64,000 bases of DNA from the human T2T-CHM13v2.0 reference genome, Homo sapiens. Under the pieces are notes generated by a model. The model searched no databases. It saw only the letters and a program-made list of their open reading frames with translations, and was not told where the DNA came from. Within the stretch, counting starts at the first letter, position 1. Every line of letters starts with the position of its first letter. A program made the translations under genes and the position numbers. The DNA is taken from the NCBI RefSeq assembly GCF_009914755.1, contig NC_060929.1; one strand, written 5' to 3'. Shown here piece by piece: positions 12,650 to 25,317 of this stretch.

Positions 12650-13650
12650 CAATAGCTACCATTTTAGTTTGGCATATATATATAGTTACCATTTTAGTTT
12701 GTGGTGAGAACACTTCAGATGTACCCTCTTAGCAAATTTCAAGTATACTATAAAGTATTGTTAACCATAGTTACCATGCTGTACGGTAGGTCTGCAGAAC
12801 TTACTCATGTTATAACTGAAAGTTTGTACCCTTTGACTGAAATCCCCACCTTCCCCCATATCCCAGCCCCTGGAAATTACTGTTCTATTCTCTGCTTTTA
12901 TGAGTTCACCTTGTTTGCTTCACATGTAAGTGAGATCATACAGTATTTGTCTTTCTGGGTCTGCCTTATTTCACTTACCGTAATGTCCTCTAGGTTCATA
13001 TGTGTTGTCACAAATGGCAGTTTCCTTCCTTGTTAAGGCTGAGTAATGTCACTTTTTGTAGACACTTATGTTATTTCCATATCTTGGCTATTGTGAACAA
13101 TGCAATAAACATGGGAGTGCCTATTTCTCTTCCAGATAATGATTTTATTTCCTCAGGATATATACCCAGAAGTGGGATTGCTGGATCATACGGTAGTTCT
13201 ATTTTTAGTTTTCTGAGAAGCCTCCTTACTGTTTTCCATAAGAGCTATACTAATTTACAATCCCACCAACAGTGTACGTGGGTTCCCTTTTTTCCACATG
13301 CTTGTCAACATTTGCTTTTTTGATGATAGCCATTCTAAGAGGTGTGAGGTAATAGCTCATCGTGGTTTTGATATGCCTTTCCATAATAATTATTTTCACA
13401 TACCAGTTGTCCATTTGAATGTCTTCTTTGGAAAAACGTCTGTTCCGGTCCTTTGTCTATTTCTTAATTGGTTATTTGGTTTTGTTTTTTTCTTTTGCTG
13501 TTGAGTTTTATGTGTTCCTTCTCTATGTTGAGTATTATTCTTCTATTCAATATATGGTTTGCAAATATTATTTTCCCATGTTGTAGGTTGACTTCGTTTT
13601 GATGATTGTGTCCTTTGCTGTGCAGAAATCTTTTCGTTTGAGGTAGTCAC

Positions 13651-13653
<3 letters not shown>

Positions 13654-13682
<29 letters not shown>

Positions 13683-13961
13683 GACAGAGTCTCGCTCTGT
13701 TGCCTAGCCTGGAGTGCAGTGGTGCAATCTTAGCTCACTGCAGCTTCAGCCTCCTGGGTTCAAGCGATTCTCCCGCCTCAGCTTCCTTAGAAGCTGGGAT
13801 TACAGGTGCCCGTCACCACGCCGGGCTAGTTTTTGTATTTTTAGTAGGGACGGGATTTCACCATGTTGGCCAGGCTGGTCTCGAACTCTTGACCTTAAGT
13901 GATCCACCCGCGTTGGCCTCACAAAGTGCTGGGATTACGGGCATGAACCACCCCAACTGGC
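13654..13961 (-). mobile_element. AluSx-like
   Basis: Poly-T followed by reverse Alu consensus. Confidence 0.95.
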
Positions 13962-14011
13962 ACCACTTATTTATTTTAGTTTTTGTTGCCACCGTTTTGG
14001 GCAGACATTGA

Positions 14012-14397
<386 letters not shown>

Positions 14398-14734
14398 ATG
14401 TTTACGTTTTTAATTTACTTTGAGTTTATTTTTATGTATGATGTAAGATAAGGGTCCAATGTCATTCTTTTGCATGTGGATATCCTGTTTTTTTAGTGTC
14501 ATTTATTAAAGAGACTTTTTCTCCATTGTGTAGTATACCATATATATAGATTTATTTCTGGGCTCTACAATCTGTTCCATTGGTCTATGTGTCTATTTTT
14601 AATTCTGATTCTATACTGCTTTGATTTCTATAATTTTATAATATACTTTGAAATCAGGTAGTGTGATGCCTCTTGCTGTATTCTTCTTTCTCAAGATTGC
14701 TTTGGTTGTTCAGGATCTTTTGTGGTTGCATCTT

Positions 14735-15538
14735 AAAAAATGTGATTCATATCTTATGAACAGAATAAAGGATAAAAATGTATGATCATCTTAAAGGATA
14801 CATAAAAAAGTTGAAAAAATTCAACATCCATTTATGATAAAAATGGTCAAAAATTTTGCATAGGAAGTATATACTACAACATAATAAAGGCCATATATGA
14901 GAAGCTAGCAGCTAACATCATCCTCTATGGTGAAAATCTTATTTGTCTTTTCCTCTAAGATTAGGAACAAGACAATGATGCCCATTCTAGGCACTTCTAT
15001 TCAACATAGTACTTAGTCCCACCCAGAGTAATTAGGCAAGTAAAAGAAATAAAAGGCATCCATATGGGAAAGGAAGAAGTAAAATGGTCTCTGTTTGCAG
15101 ATGACATGATCCTGTATATAGAAAACCCAGAACACTCCACCAAAAAACTCTTAAAACTAATAATTAAATTCAAATTCAGTAAAATTGTAGGATACAAAAT
15201 CAACATACAAATATCAGTTGTGTTTCTATATCCTAACAACAAACTATCAAAAAAAGGAATTGAGGAAACAATTCCATTAATAATAGCATCAAAAAGGATA
15301 AAATAGTTAGGAATAAATCTAACCAAGAAGATGAATGATCTGTACGATGAAAACTGTAAGACATCAATGAAAAAAAAACTGAAGAAAGCACCAATAAATA
15401 GAAAGATACTTGTGTTCATGGATTTGAGGAATTATTATTGTTAAAATGCACATACTACCCAAAGAAATCCACAGATTCAGGGCACACCCTATTAAAATTC
15501 CAATGACAATTTTCAGAGAATTAGAACAATCATTTCTA
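14735..15538 (+). mobile_element. Inverted 5' segment of the same old L1 (ORF2 RT region)
   Basis: ORF 15064-15306 [21 protein letters not shown] carries the RT FADD motif; the segment ends just upstream of where the minus segment begins in L1 coordinates. Confidence 0.85.
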
Positions 15539-15614
15539 TGTTATTTAATCTTAAAGCCTTGAATATCTCCATTGTTGCCATTTTTTTTACAAATATGGTT
15601 ATAAAGATTTTCTT

Positions 15615-15733
15615 TAATTAATTAATTAATTATATGTTAAGGTCTGGGATACATGTGCAGAATGTGCAGATTTGTTACATAGATATACATGTGCCATGGT
15701 GGTTTGCTGCACCCACTGACCGGCCATCGACCT
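15615..15733 (-). mobile_element. Short L1PA 3' end fragment
   Basis: gggatacatgtgcagaatgtgcagatttgttacatag...ggtggtttgctgcaccca. Confidence 0.8.
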
Positions 15734-15734
15734 G

Positions 15735-16115
15735 ACATGGGTGTACTGATATATCTTTCACACCCAGATTTCATTTTTAAAAATATATGCCCAGAAATGT
15801 GATTGCTGGAGCTCACGGTAGTTCTATTTTTAACTTTTTTAGGAACCCCATACTGTTTTCTATAATGGCTGTACTAATTTATATTCCCACCAAAAATGTA
15901 TAATGGTTTTCTTTTCTCTACCTACATCCTCACCAACCCTTATTTTTTATCTTTTTGACAACAGCTATTCTAGCAGGTGGGAGGTAATCTCTCACTGTGA
16001 TTTTAATTTGTATTTCCCTGATGATTAGTGATGTTGAACATTTTTTCATATACTGGTTGGTCATTTGGATGTCTTCTTTTGCTAAATTTCTATTCAGATC
16101 CTCTGCCCATTTTTT
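15735..16115 (-). mobile_element. Old L1M ORF2 3' fragment
   Basis: cccagaaatgtgattgctgga...atttgtatttccctgatgattagtgatgttgaacatttt. Confidence 0.8.
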
Positions 16116-16122
16116 TGCAGTG

Positions 16123-17217
16123 TTTTTATATTATATTATATTATATTATTTTATATATACTTTAAGTTCTAGGATACATGTGCAGAACGTGCAGGTTTGT
16201 TACATAGGTATATACATGCCATGGTGATTTGCCACACCCATCAACCCATCATCAACATTAGGCATTTCTCCTATTGCTATCCCTCCCCTGGTTCCCCACC
16301 CCTCGACCGGCCCCAGTGTGTAATGTTCCCCTCTCTGTGTCCATGTGTTCTCATCGTTCAACTTCCACTTATGAGTGAGAACATGCGGTGTTTGGTTTTC
16401 TGTTCCTGTGTTAGTTTGCTGAGCATGATGGTTTCCAGCTTCATTCATGTCCCTGTAAAGGACATGAACTCATCCTTTTTTATGGCTGCATGTGGTGTAC
16501 ATGTGCCACATTTTCTTTATTCAGTCCATCACTGATGGGCATTTGGGTGGGTTCCAAGAATTTGCTATTGTGAACAGTGGTACAATAAACATATGTGTGC
16601 ACATGTCTTTATAGTAGGATGATTTATAATCCTCTGGGTATATATCCAGTAATGGAATGGATTGCTGGGTCAAATAGCATTTCTGGTTCTAGTTCCTTGA
16701 GGAATCGCCTCACTGTCTTCCACAATGGTTGAACTAATTTACACTCCCACCAACAGTGTAAAAGCATTCCTATTTCTCCACATTTTCTCCAGCATCTGTT
16801 GTTTCCTGAATTTTTTTGTTTGTTTTTGTTTTTGTTTTTTTTTGAGACGGAGTCTCACTCTGTTGCCCAAGCTGGAGTGCAGTGGCACTATCTCGGCTCA
16901 CTGCAAGCTCCACCTCCTGGGTTCACGCCATTCTCCTGCCTCAGCCTCCTGAGTAACTGGGACTACAGGTGCCAACCACCATGCCCGGCTAATTTTTTCT
17001 ATTTTCAGTAGAGACAGGTTTCACCGTGTTAGCCAGGATGGTCTCGATCTCCTAACCTTGTGATCCATCCGCCTTGGCCTCCCAAAGTGCTGGGATTACA
17101 AGCATGAGCCACTGTTCCCGGCCTCGTTTCCTGACTTTTTAATGATCGCCATTCTAACTGGCATAAGATGGTAGCTCATTGTGGTTTTTGATTTGCATTT
17201 CTCTAATGACTAGTGAT
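16123..17217 (-). mobile_element. L1PA7/8-like 3' end (3'UTR plus ORF2 end), with nested AluY
   Basis: (TTATA)n tail then ctttaagttctaggatacatgtgcagaacgtgcagg...; ends at ctctaatgactagtgat. Confidence 0.92.
16811..17123 (-). mobile_element. AluY nested in L1
   Basis: Reverse AluY; TSD gtttcctga on both sides. Confidence 0.95.
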
Positions 17218-17906
17218 AGCATCAACATCAACAAAAAGGACGTCCACACAGAAACCCCATCCGAAGGTCACAAACATCAAAGACCAAAGTTAGAAAAATC
17301 CACGAAGATGAGGAAAAAACAGCACAAAAAGACTGAACATTCCAAAAACCAGAACACCTCTTCTCCAAAGGATCACAACTCCTCACTAGGAAGGGAACAA
17401 AACTGGACAGAGAATGAGTTTGACGAATTAACAGAAGTAGGCTTCAGAAAGTGGGTAATAATAAATTCCTCTGAGCTAAAGGAGCGTGTTCTAACCCAAT
17501 GCAAGGAAGCTAAGAACCTTGATAAAAGGTTAAAGGAATTGCTAAGTAGAGTAACCAGTTTAGAGAAGAATATAAATGACCTGATGGAGCTGAAAAGCAC
17601 AGCACAAGAACTTCGTGAAGCATACACAAGTATCAATAGCCGAATGTATCAAGCGGAAGAAAGGATATCAGAGACTGAAGATCAATGAAATAAAGTGTGA
17701 AGACAAGATTAGAGAAAAAAGAATGAAAAGGAAAGAACAAAGCCTCCAAGAAATATGGGACTATGTGAAAAGACCAAACCTACATTTGATTGGTGTACCT
17801 TAAAGTGCTGAGGAGATTGGAACCAAGTTGGAAAACACTATTCAGGATATTATCCGGGAGAACTTCCCCAACCTAGCAAGACAACCCAACATTCAAATAT
17901 AGAAAT
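17216..17906 (+). mobile_element. Inverted 5'UTR-end/ORF1 N-terminal segment of the L1PA7/8-like element
   Basis: ORF1 peptides MRKKQHKK...EQNWTENEFDELTEVGFRKWVI and SLQEIWDYVKRPNL; 2-nt AT microhomology at the junction. Confidence 0.92.
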
Positions 17907-18490
17907 TTTTTTCTAAATATTTACCAGTGCCTCTAGCCACTATTCAACTATAAGCGCCAATAAAACATGTTCATATTAATTATTTTTTCATCCCCCAGTA
18001 AAAATACTTCCCAAGTGTCTCCAGTGCTGAATGAGTTCCTGCTTCATAATAGTCATTAATTCAACACGTTAAGTAAAAAATAATAGTGGTAACGATGAAA
18101 ATATCGTTATATATGTTCTCATTCTCATATTTATTGTAAAGTCCTAAACCTGTATTTTAATAACTATACCCCAATAATCTCAACTTAAATAAGTGTGTAC
18201 CATGTAGAAGTGTTACCATGGTTTCACTCTGTGTTAAGCCCATAGTCAAGAAATATGTTCTCCCACAATTTAGCTTCAGCTTACCTCTTCATCCTTTTTC
18301 CCCTCATTCTTTTGACAGTACCCTAAGATCTTAATTATGCTGAGGTTACTAGTCACTAATATCAAGTAACTGTCCAAAACTATGACTGTAAGGACCTTTT
18401 TCTCTACCAAGAATACCATCTTTCTCTTTTTCTCGGTATAAATTCCTGCTCAAATTTATATATCAACTTCTGATATATAATGTATATCAT

Positions 18491-18684
18491 TTGTGATCCT
18501 TTGGAGAAGAGGTGTTCTGGTTTTTGGAATGTTCAGTCTTTTTGTGCTGTTTTTTCCTCATCTTCATGGATTTTTCTACCTTTGGTCTTTGATGTTTGTG
18601 ACCTTCGGATGGGGTTTCTGTGTGGACGTCCTTTTTGTTGATGTTGATGCTATCACTAGTCATTAGAGAAATACAAATCAAAAC
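18491..18684 (-). repeat. 194-bp inverted copy of 17184-17378 spanning the L1 inversion junction
   Basis: Reverse complement matches 17184-17378 with about 4 differences, including the chimeric junction ctaatgactagtgatagcatcaac. Confidence 0.95.
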
Positions 18685-20182
18685 TTCTCTCTTCCTGACT
18701 CCCCCAAACAGTATCGATATTCTTCTTCTCTAATTAGTACTTGTCATATTATATTTGCATATATATAATGCATATTTTATTATATTTCATTTTCTACTAA
18801 ATTGTGTTACCAAGCTGCAGTGCATTCTGTGTTCCAAATGACTAAATAGTACTTGGCAGTGAGTATGATGTTCATGTATATGTATACATGGGAAAATAAT
18901 AAATAGACTTTCTTTAGTAACCTCAGTATTTACATGTTAACATTTGCCATGACCTTATAACTCTTTGATGTCAGTGATTAATATAATATAGGCAACTATT
19001 TATCTTCTATTCTTAGAACCACTAGAAAAACTTCCTAATTAACAAGGTTCTAAATATAAGGTAAAATAAGGCTTGTTATTCTTACCATATGTCAGAAATG
19101 AAATTAGAAATGTTAAAAGTATTTTTTAGATTATTTAATATTTATGTAGGTAATTTGTTTTCAAACTTTATATTTTTGATTTTTCATTATAGCAATGGTA
19201 TTCATTTTGTAAATTTTGTAATTTACTATTATCTAGAGGATATTGAAAAGCAAACTCTTTAATTGTGGAATTTAGATAGAAGAGGAATTTTAGATATTAT
19301 TATTTGGGTTCATAATTGCAAATGGCATTTATTTATGTATTTATTTATTGGCATGAGAATGCTACAGCTGTAACATTATAATTCCTTCCTATGATAAGAA
19401 CTTCACTTTCCTATTCAATGCTAAGGACTATAATTAGAATCACATTTATAAGTTATCTTTATTATATTAGCCACAGTATATATTAGATTATTGTTAAAGG
19501 GGTATATAATGTAAGTACTTTTTAAAATTTTTAATGTAAGATGAAAGAATTAATTAATTTCTAGAAAAATACTACAAAATATCCCCTTATGTATAGCTTA
19601 TTTCAGATTAAGTTTAACAGAAAATAAATTCAATAGTTTCTGATTATAGATTTATAAGGAAGTTAATAAATTGAGAACCTATTTTATCTTTACAAAGTCA
19701 TTATTGTTTAATTTAACTCAGTGGAATAAAAAATAAGGAATAAGTAAACAAGTCTATATGGGAAATGTCTTAGTAATTAAACTCTGAAATAAAAATAATC
19801 CCTCGAAATCATCCTTGAAAAAATCGTTCTTTGCATACATTAACTACATTGTATAAGTTGCATTATAAGTTATTTTTATGTGTCTTCAAAATAGTATTCT
19901 GTGCAATGCCTATATTAATTGACAGATTACTAAATATTTTATTCAGATGGAACTCAACTTGTATTTGTAAGTGTTCACAAGTTAAAAAATAAAAATGAAA
20001 TTTATAAATATTCAAGCTGAATATCACCATTAAGAAGTAATTTTCAAATTGGTAAATGACTAAATTAGTTACAATTAGTGTTGATTATTACATTGTATGT
20101 ATTAAATCTTTGAACTTCACTAGAACTTATTCACTTTCCATTTGACCCTTGAGCTTCTGTTTGTACATAAGTCGAATCTTAC

Positions 20183-20330
20183 CTGGGCTCCAGGGTAAGC
20201 AAATACAATGTGAATAACCCCCAGAATAACACATATGTTCCATTGTGTCTGCGGCCATCTTACACCTTTCTCCCTTCTTCCTCACATGTCTTTGTGTGAC
20301 AAGGACTGGAAGCCTGGAAGTACGCATCAT
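20183..20330 (-). other. Candidate exon (possibly first exon) of a minus-strand transcript; 5' boundary uncertain
   Basis: Donor CCCAG|GTAAGA at 20183/20182; AAGATGGCCGC (Kozak/YY1-like) at 20261-20251; non-repeat, higher-GC stretch inside very AT-rich flanks. Confidence 0.45.
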
Positions 20331-21082
20331 TATTCCTTCAACAATGGTGGGTACCTGCTTGAATTTCAGTTGAGAACAAATAGATGATTTGTTAGCAGAT
20401 TCCAGGCGTTCTGCAGATTACCTGTTTAATTGCTATAGGCACTAAGTTCATGAGTAGCGGTTTCTTCAAGCTCCTGGAATTGCCTGAGTTCCTGAAAGCT
20501 GAAAATGTGTTTTTCGGACTTCTGATCATCCAGTCTTTTGCAAACAGTGGATTCTCACATTACATACCATTCTGTTTGGTACAGATAGGATGTTTCCTGT
20601 TTCTTAACCAAATTTACCACTTACACACTTTAAGCCAAATGTAGTCAACTAAGAGTATCTCAAATTCATTAATAAAGAAAATACGGCCTATAAGGACAAC
20701 ATCAAAATAAATCAGAAGCTTTGTTTCAACATGGCTGATTCTTTCCCATGAAACTTACGCCTACAGAAAAATACATACGTAATATTACACTGAAGTGGCA
20801 GATATAACATCTCAAAATATGTCAAATTAAAAAAACTCCTATTTTTTAAATACCTGGTAATCATCCATTATAGTTAATTACATCATTTTAGAAAGTTTTT
20901 AGATTTTTGGCTCTTTCTTTCCCTTCACTTTTTTGGGGGTGGATAAGAGGAAGTAGAAACTCAGAAGATGATAAGGCTATAATCTTGTCCCAGCACATAA
21001 GAGAACCCACATTTATCAGCATTATTCAACTCTTAACAGATCTCCCCAGAAGGCAGAGTTGGCTTCTACACTTTAAAAATAT

Positions 21083-21590
21083 TTTTTAAGTTTCTAATTA
21101 TTATGGGTACATAATATTTGTACATATTCATGGCATACATGTGATATTTTGATACATAGCATAAAATGTGAAATGATCAAATCAGAGTAATTGAGTTATT
21201 CATCACCTCAGGCATTTATCATCTCTTTTTGTTAGGAACATTTCAACTCCATTCTTTTAAGTTATTTTGAAATATGCAATAAATTATTGATACCTGTACT
21301 CACCCTATTATGCTACCAAATACTAGATCTTATTCCTTTACTCTGTGTGTTCTTGTATCCATTAGCCATCCTGTCTTTATCCTTTCCTCCTCAGTACCTT
21401 CCCAGTCTCCGGTAACCATCATTGGACTCTCTTGAAAAATCTCCTCGAATTCAACTTTTTTTTAGCTCCCACAGGTTGGTGAGAACATACAATATTTGTC
21501 TTACTGTGCCTGGCTTATTTCACTTAACATAATGACCTCCAGGTCCATCCACATTGTTGCAAATGATAGGATTTCATTCTTTTTCTGTTT
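21083..21590 (-). mobile_element. L1MA-type 3' end
   Basis: atgggtacataatatttgtacatattcatggcatacatgtgatattttgatac...gcctggcttatttcacttaacataatgacctccag. Confidence 0.85.
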
Positions 21591-23261
21591 TTTCAAAGTA
21601 GGTCATATCGTGTATCCGCTTTAAATTCTTCAGTGTCTTTCACCCATTCCTAGAATGTGTTTAATCTCTAGCTCACAAGGCTTCCTGCTTCCTGGCTTAC
21701 TGCTGCTTGCCTGACTTCACTTCCCACTTCTTCTCCACTTACCTGACACTCCATCTATGGAAAACCATTGCTGCTTCCTTTACCTGCAATAATATCTCTG
21801 GCCTCTGGAGCATCTCCTCACACTGTCACCTCACCCAGAAGGCCATTGAGCTAAAAAGGGATCTTGTCAGTGATTTCAATGATCCAACATTATGATTTAG
21901 CACATGATAAATGTTTTCATGATGGTCAGATATTAAATAAACATAAGGTTTTAGACAGTGAATTTTTCTTTTAAATAAAAGATGAAAACAAACATGAAAA
22001 TGGGGTTACGTCCAATAGGAAATAGACCCAGAAATTAAGACTTTGTGGAATTTAGTTTTTCCTAGCTTTTTCTATGTGGGCTTACCATTACCCTCTTGAC
22101 ACCTTTTACTGTCATTGTACAGGCTCTCCAGAGTGACTATCAATAGTGACAAGAATAATAAATCTATATTGAAATATCCTCACAGTTTTACTACCTAAAG
22201 GAGCTTGTTTTTCATAATATGAGGGACCAAATGAGCTGTCTGCCATCTTTAAAAAAAGTTTCATTGATTTATCTTCTTCACATAGACAATAAGATTTTTT
22301 CATTCATATTCAAAATACACTAAGATGTGAAATTCCAAAGGCAGAACATCATGTATCAAATTTACTAAGAACATACTAATAAAATGATATGCAGAATGAT
22401 TCTTGAATTCATTTACCTACAAAGAATATGAAATAGTCAAGGTAGAGGAGATTAAAACTATTGTGAAGAGATTTCCTTAAAAGAATTTTTTTGTTGTTGT
22501 TATGAGAGACCCACATTTTGTAATGAGTGGCTACATTTGTACTGGCTTGACAACCTATTTTAAGGGGATTACAACGATGTGAGCTTGTGTAATAAGAACT
22601 GCCAGGGGCCAACCCAGGGAATGAAATACATCACTTGAGGTATACAAAGAAAAGGGCCCAGGAGTGGGATTCCCCAGAGAACAAAGGAAGCATGTGCCAG
22701 AACTATGAAGCCAAGTGAAACAGTTCTCTCTCCTGCACCTGCCCACTCTCTGATTCAGGTAGAGGCAGAAACAATAGTTTGGTGTGGAAAAAAGATGATG
22801 TGACAGAGGAAAACCAAAAACTGACTGTAATGCCTTCCACTAAGGCAGGCAATGTCACCTGATAGGCCCTAGTACACACAAGAAGAGGGTAAAGGAGAAG
22901 TCTCTTCTATAAATAAAAATGGAAGCACTGAATGATACCTAGGACTGGATGTATTCTAGTTACAAAACTGTTAATTAAATATAGGAAAGTCTAGATTTAA
23001 TTCACATATGATCTGCCAAATATTCTGTCTGAGAGCTACAGCAATTTACTCCCTATCAAATAATGTTTAAAGTGGTAGGAACAGTTGGAAATAATTGGAT
23101 CAGATCTCATATTCTATACCTTATGTGGTCAACATATGCTAGACATACAATTTTAGATATCTGTTGTTGACATTCAGAAAAAATAAGCATATTTACATAT
23201 TTATAAATAAGTTCAAAAATTCAGTTTTGGAAATACATATTTACTTATATATTCTGATATA

Positions 23262-23265
<4 letters not shown>

Positions 23266-23308
<43 letters not shown>

Positions 23309-23326
23309 CACATACACACACACACA
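23266..23326. repeat. (TA)n(TACA)n(CA)n microsatellite
   Basis: Read directly. Confidence 0.95.
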
Positions 23327-24084
23327 ACAGTTTGGCAAAAATCAGAAAGGCTAAAAGATATGCTTTTAAACCTATGTTCCAAACAGACACACGTCTTAAT
23401 AGCAAGTGAGGAGTTTTAAATGTATGTCAACCTCAACTGATAGGAGAACATGTAAGTTGAATGAACAGTGCTAACTTAAAAGAATAAGGAGGAAGAGCAA
23501 AATAATTCTGGGTCCCAGGGTGAAATGGACTGGATGCAAGAGTACAATGCTATGTGTATTCTTTTATAGGATTAACAAATGTTACTCTTGAATCTGGAGA
23601 GGAAAGTTACTTATTGTATTTGGAAAGCTCTGATAAGTTTTTGTTTTTATAAAATACAGACAAGAATGTTGTATTTATTTTGAAGAATTGATTTTAAAGG
23701 TTTTGATGAGCTCATCTTGAGATAAGGGTGGGAGGAGGGCTAACACAGGAAATAAAAATTGGAAAAATTATCAATAAGAACCATCTTGGAAGGGGAAAGA
23801 AAGCACGAAATACAAGTTTAAAGAAAAGCGTGCTGGTGATGGTTATAGTAGTGAAGAGGACTCTGGATCATAGTTATTGGACAATTATTTTTCTTCAAAT
23901 AGATGCATCGATAAAGAATGGCAGCATTAAAATAATTCTATCATTTTGTTCTGAGGAAAATACTTCACAATTGTGAAATAAAAAACTTTGAAGATTTTTT
24001 TTTCAGCTCAGCATTCTGCAAAACAAATCTCACTGTTTGAAATAGCTTTATTTTTATTTTCTATTATTTTATTATAAATAAAAT

Positions 24085-24259
<175 letters not shown>

Positions 24260-25260
24260 TCAGTGCAGGTGGGCAATTGCAGTGATGCTGGGAAATTATT
24301 TCTGAGGTAGAAATTCTATGACTTGGGGGCTGAGTTAAAGGAAGTGGCCAAGACTTTCATGGTACCATGTCTCAGGCAGTGTCTAAATTGAGATGTGGCT
24401 TGGTGGAGATAGAGAAAGAAATGAAGATTTTAGAAGGAAGTTTGTTTTGTGGTATAATTAAGCTCAGAAGATTGAAGATTTTGTGAAAGTGGACATCTTC
24501 CCTAGTCTTCCTTTCAATTTTATCCCTGTGGCCTGACCTATAGCAGACATAAAAAAAACATAAATTAGAAATAATACAATAAAATAAAAAATTGTTTAAA
24601 ATATTTTGAATCAATGAAGGAGTTACTAAATAACCTTACAGGTTGTAACCACCAGGCTGTAGAGGTCAGGATTAGAAAGTAAAGACTGGGACTGTGAGAG
24701 TAGATTAAATCACCAAATTAGAGGATGTCCTTATTGTCCCTATTGTCTTTGGACACTTCATGTTAGTCCCATGGTATAAATTTTCCTGAAGCTTTGATAT
24801 TTAGCAATCCTACCTAAGAGATTTGAATCTGATTATCCTCGGCATTTATATTTATATTTACATTTTAATGCCTAAAACAGAATTTAATATTCATAAGCAG
24901 AGAAGAGTTATACATACGAATGCCATTGCATACACATGAATGCCATTCTTTTTATTATGATAACACAAACCTCAATTTATGAAAAAAATTAATAGCCCTA
25001 AACAATAATTCTATAAAAATACAAAAATCTAAAAAATACACTCCATAGGCACTTTCTCACTTTTTCTCACTGCTGGTCAGTAATGATAAAAAAGAAAAAA
25101 ATTAGATGTAGAGCAAGAAGAGAGTCTAAGATAGATCAGATTTGATAAATGTGGAACTGAATAAAGACTCATTAATCAGCCTCACAGGTATGAAAGGTTA
25201 GAAGTAGAAAGAGATTGTTCGTAATCATCATTTAGTAATGTTGCCCCATCTAGTCCTCAA

Positions 25261-25261
<1 letters not shown>

Positions 25262-25294
<33 letters not shown>

Positions 25295-25317
25295 AGAGAG
25301 AGATAGAGTGAGAGAGA
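25262..25317. repeat. (CA)n(GA)n microsatellite
   Basis: Read directly. Confidence 0.95.

Noticed and set aside
15615-15733. Short L1PA 3' end as a local copy of 16150-16260
   Set aside because: Many differences and different tails; better explained as an independent truncated insertion.
17179-17688. 169-aa ORF crossing the L1 inversion junction
   Set aside because: Non-ATG start and simply antisense ORF2, 5'UTR and truncated ORF1 read through; no sign of a domesticated gene.
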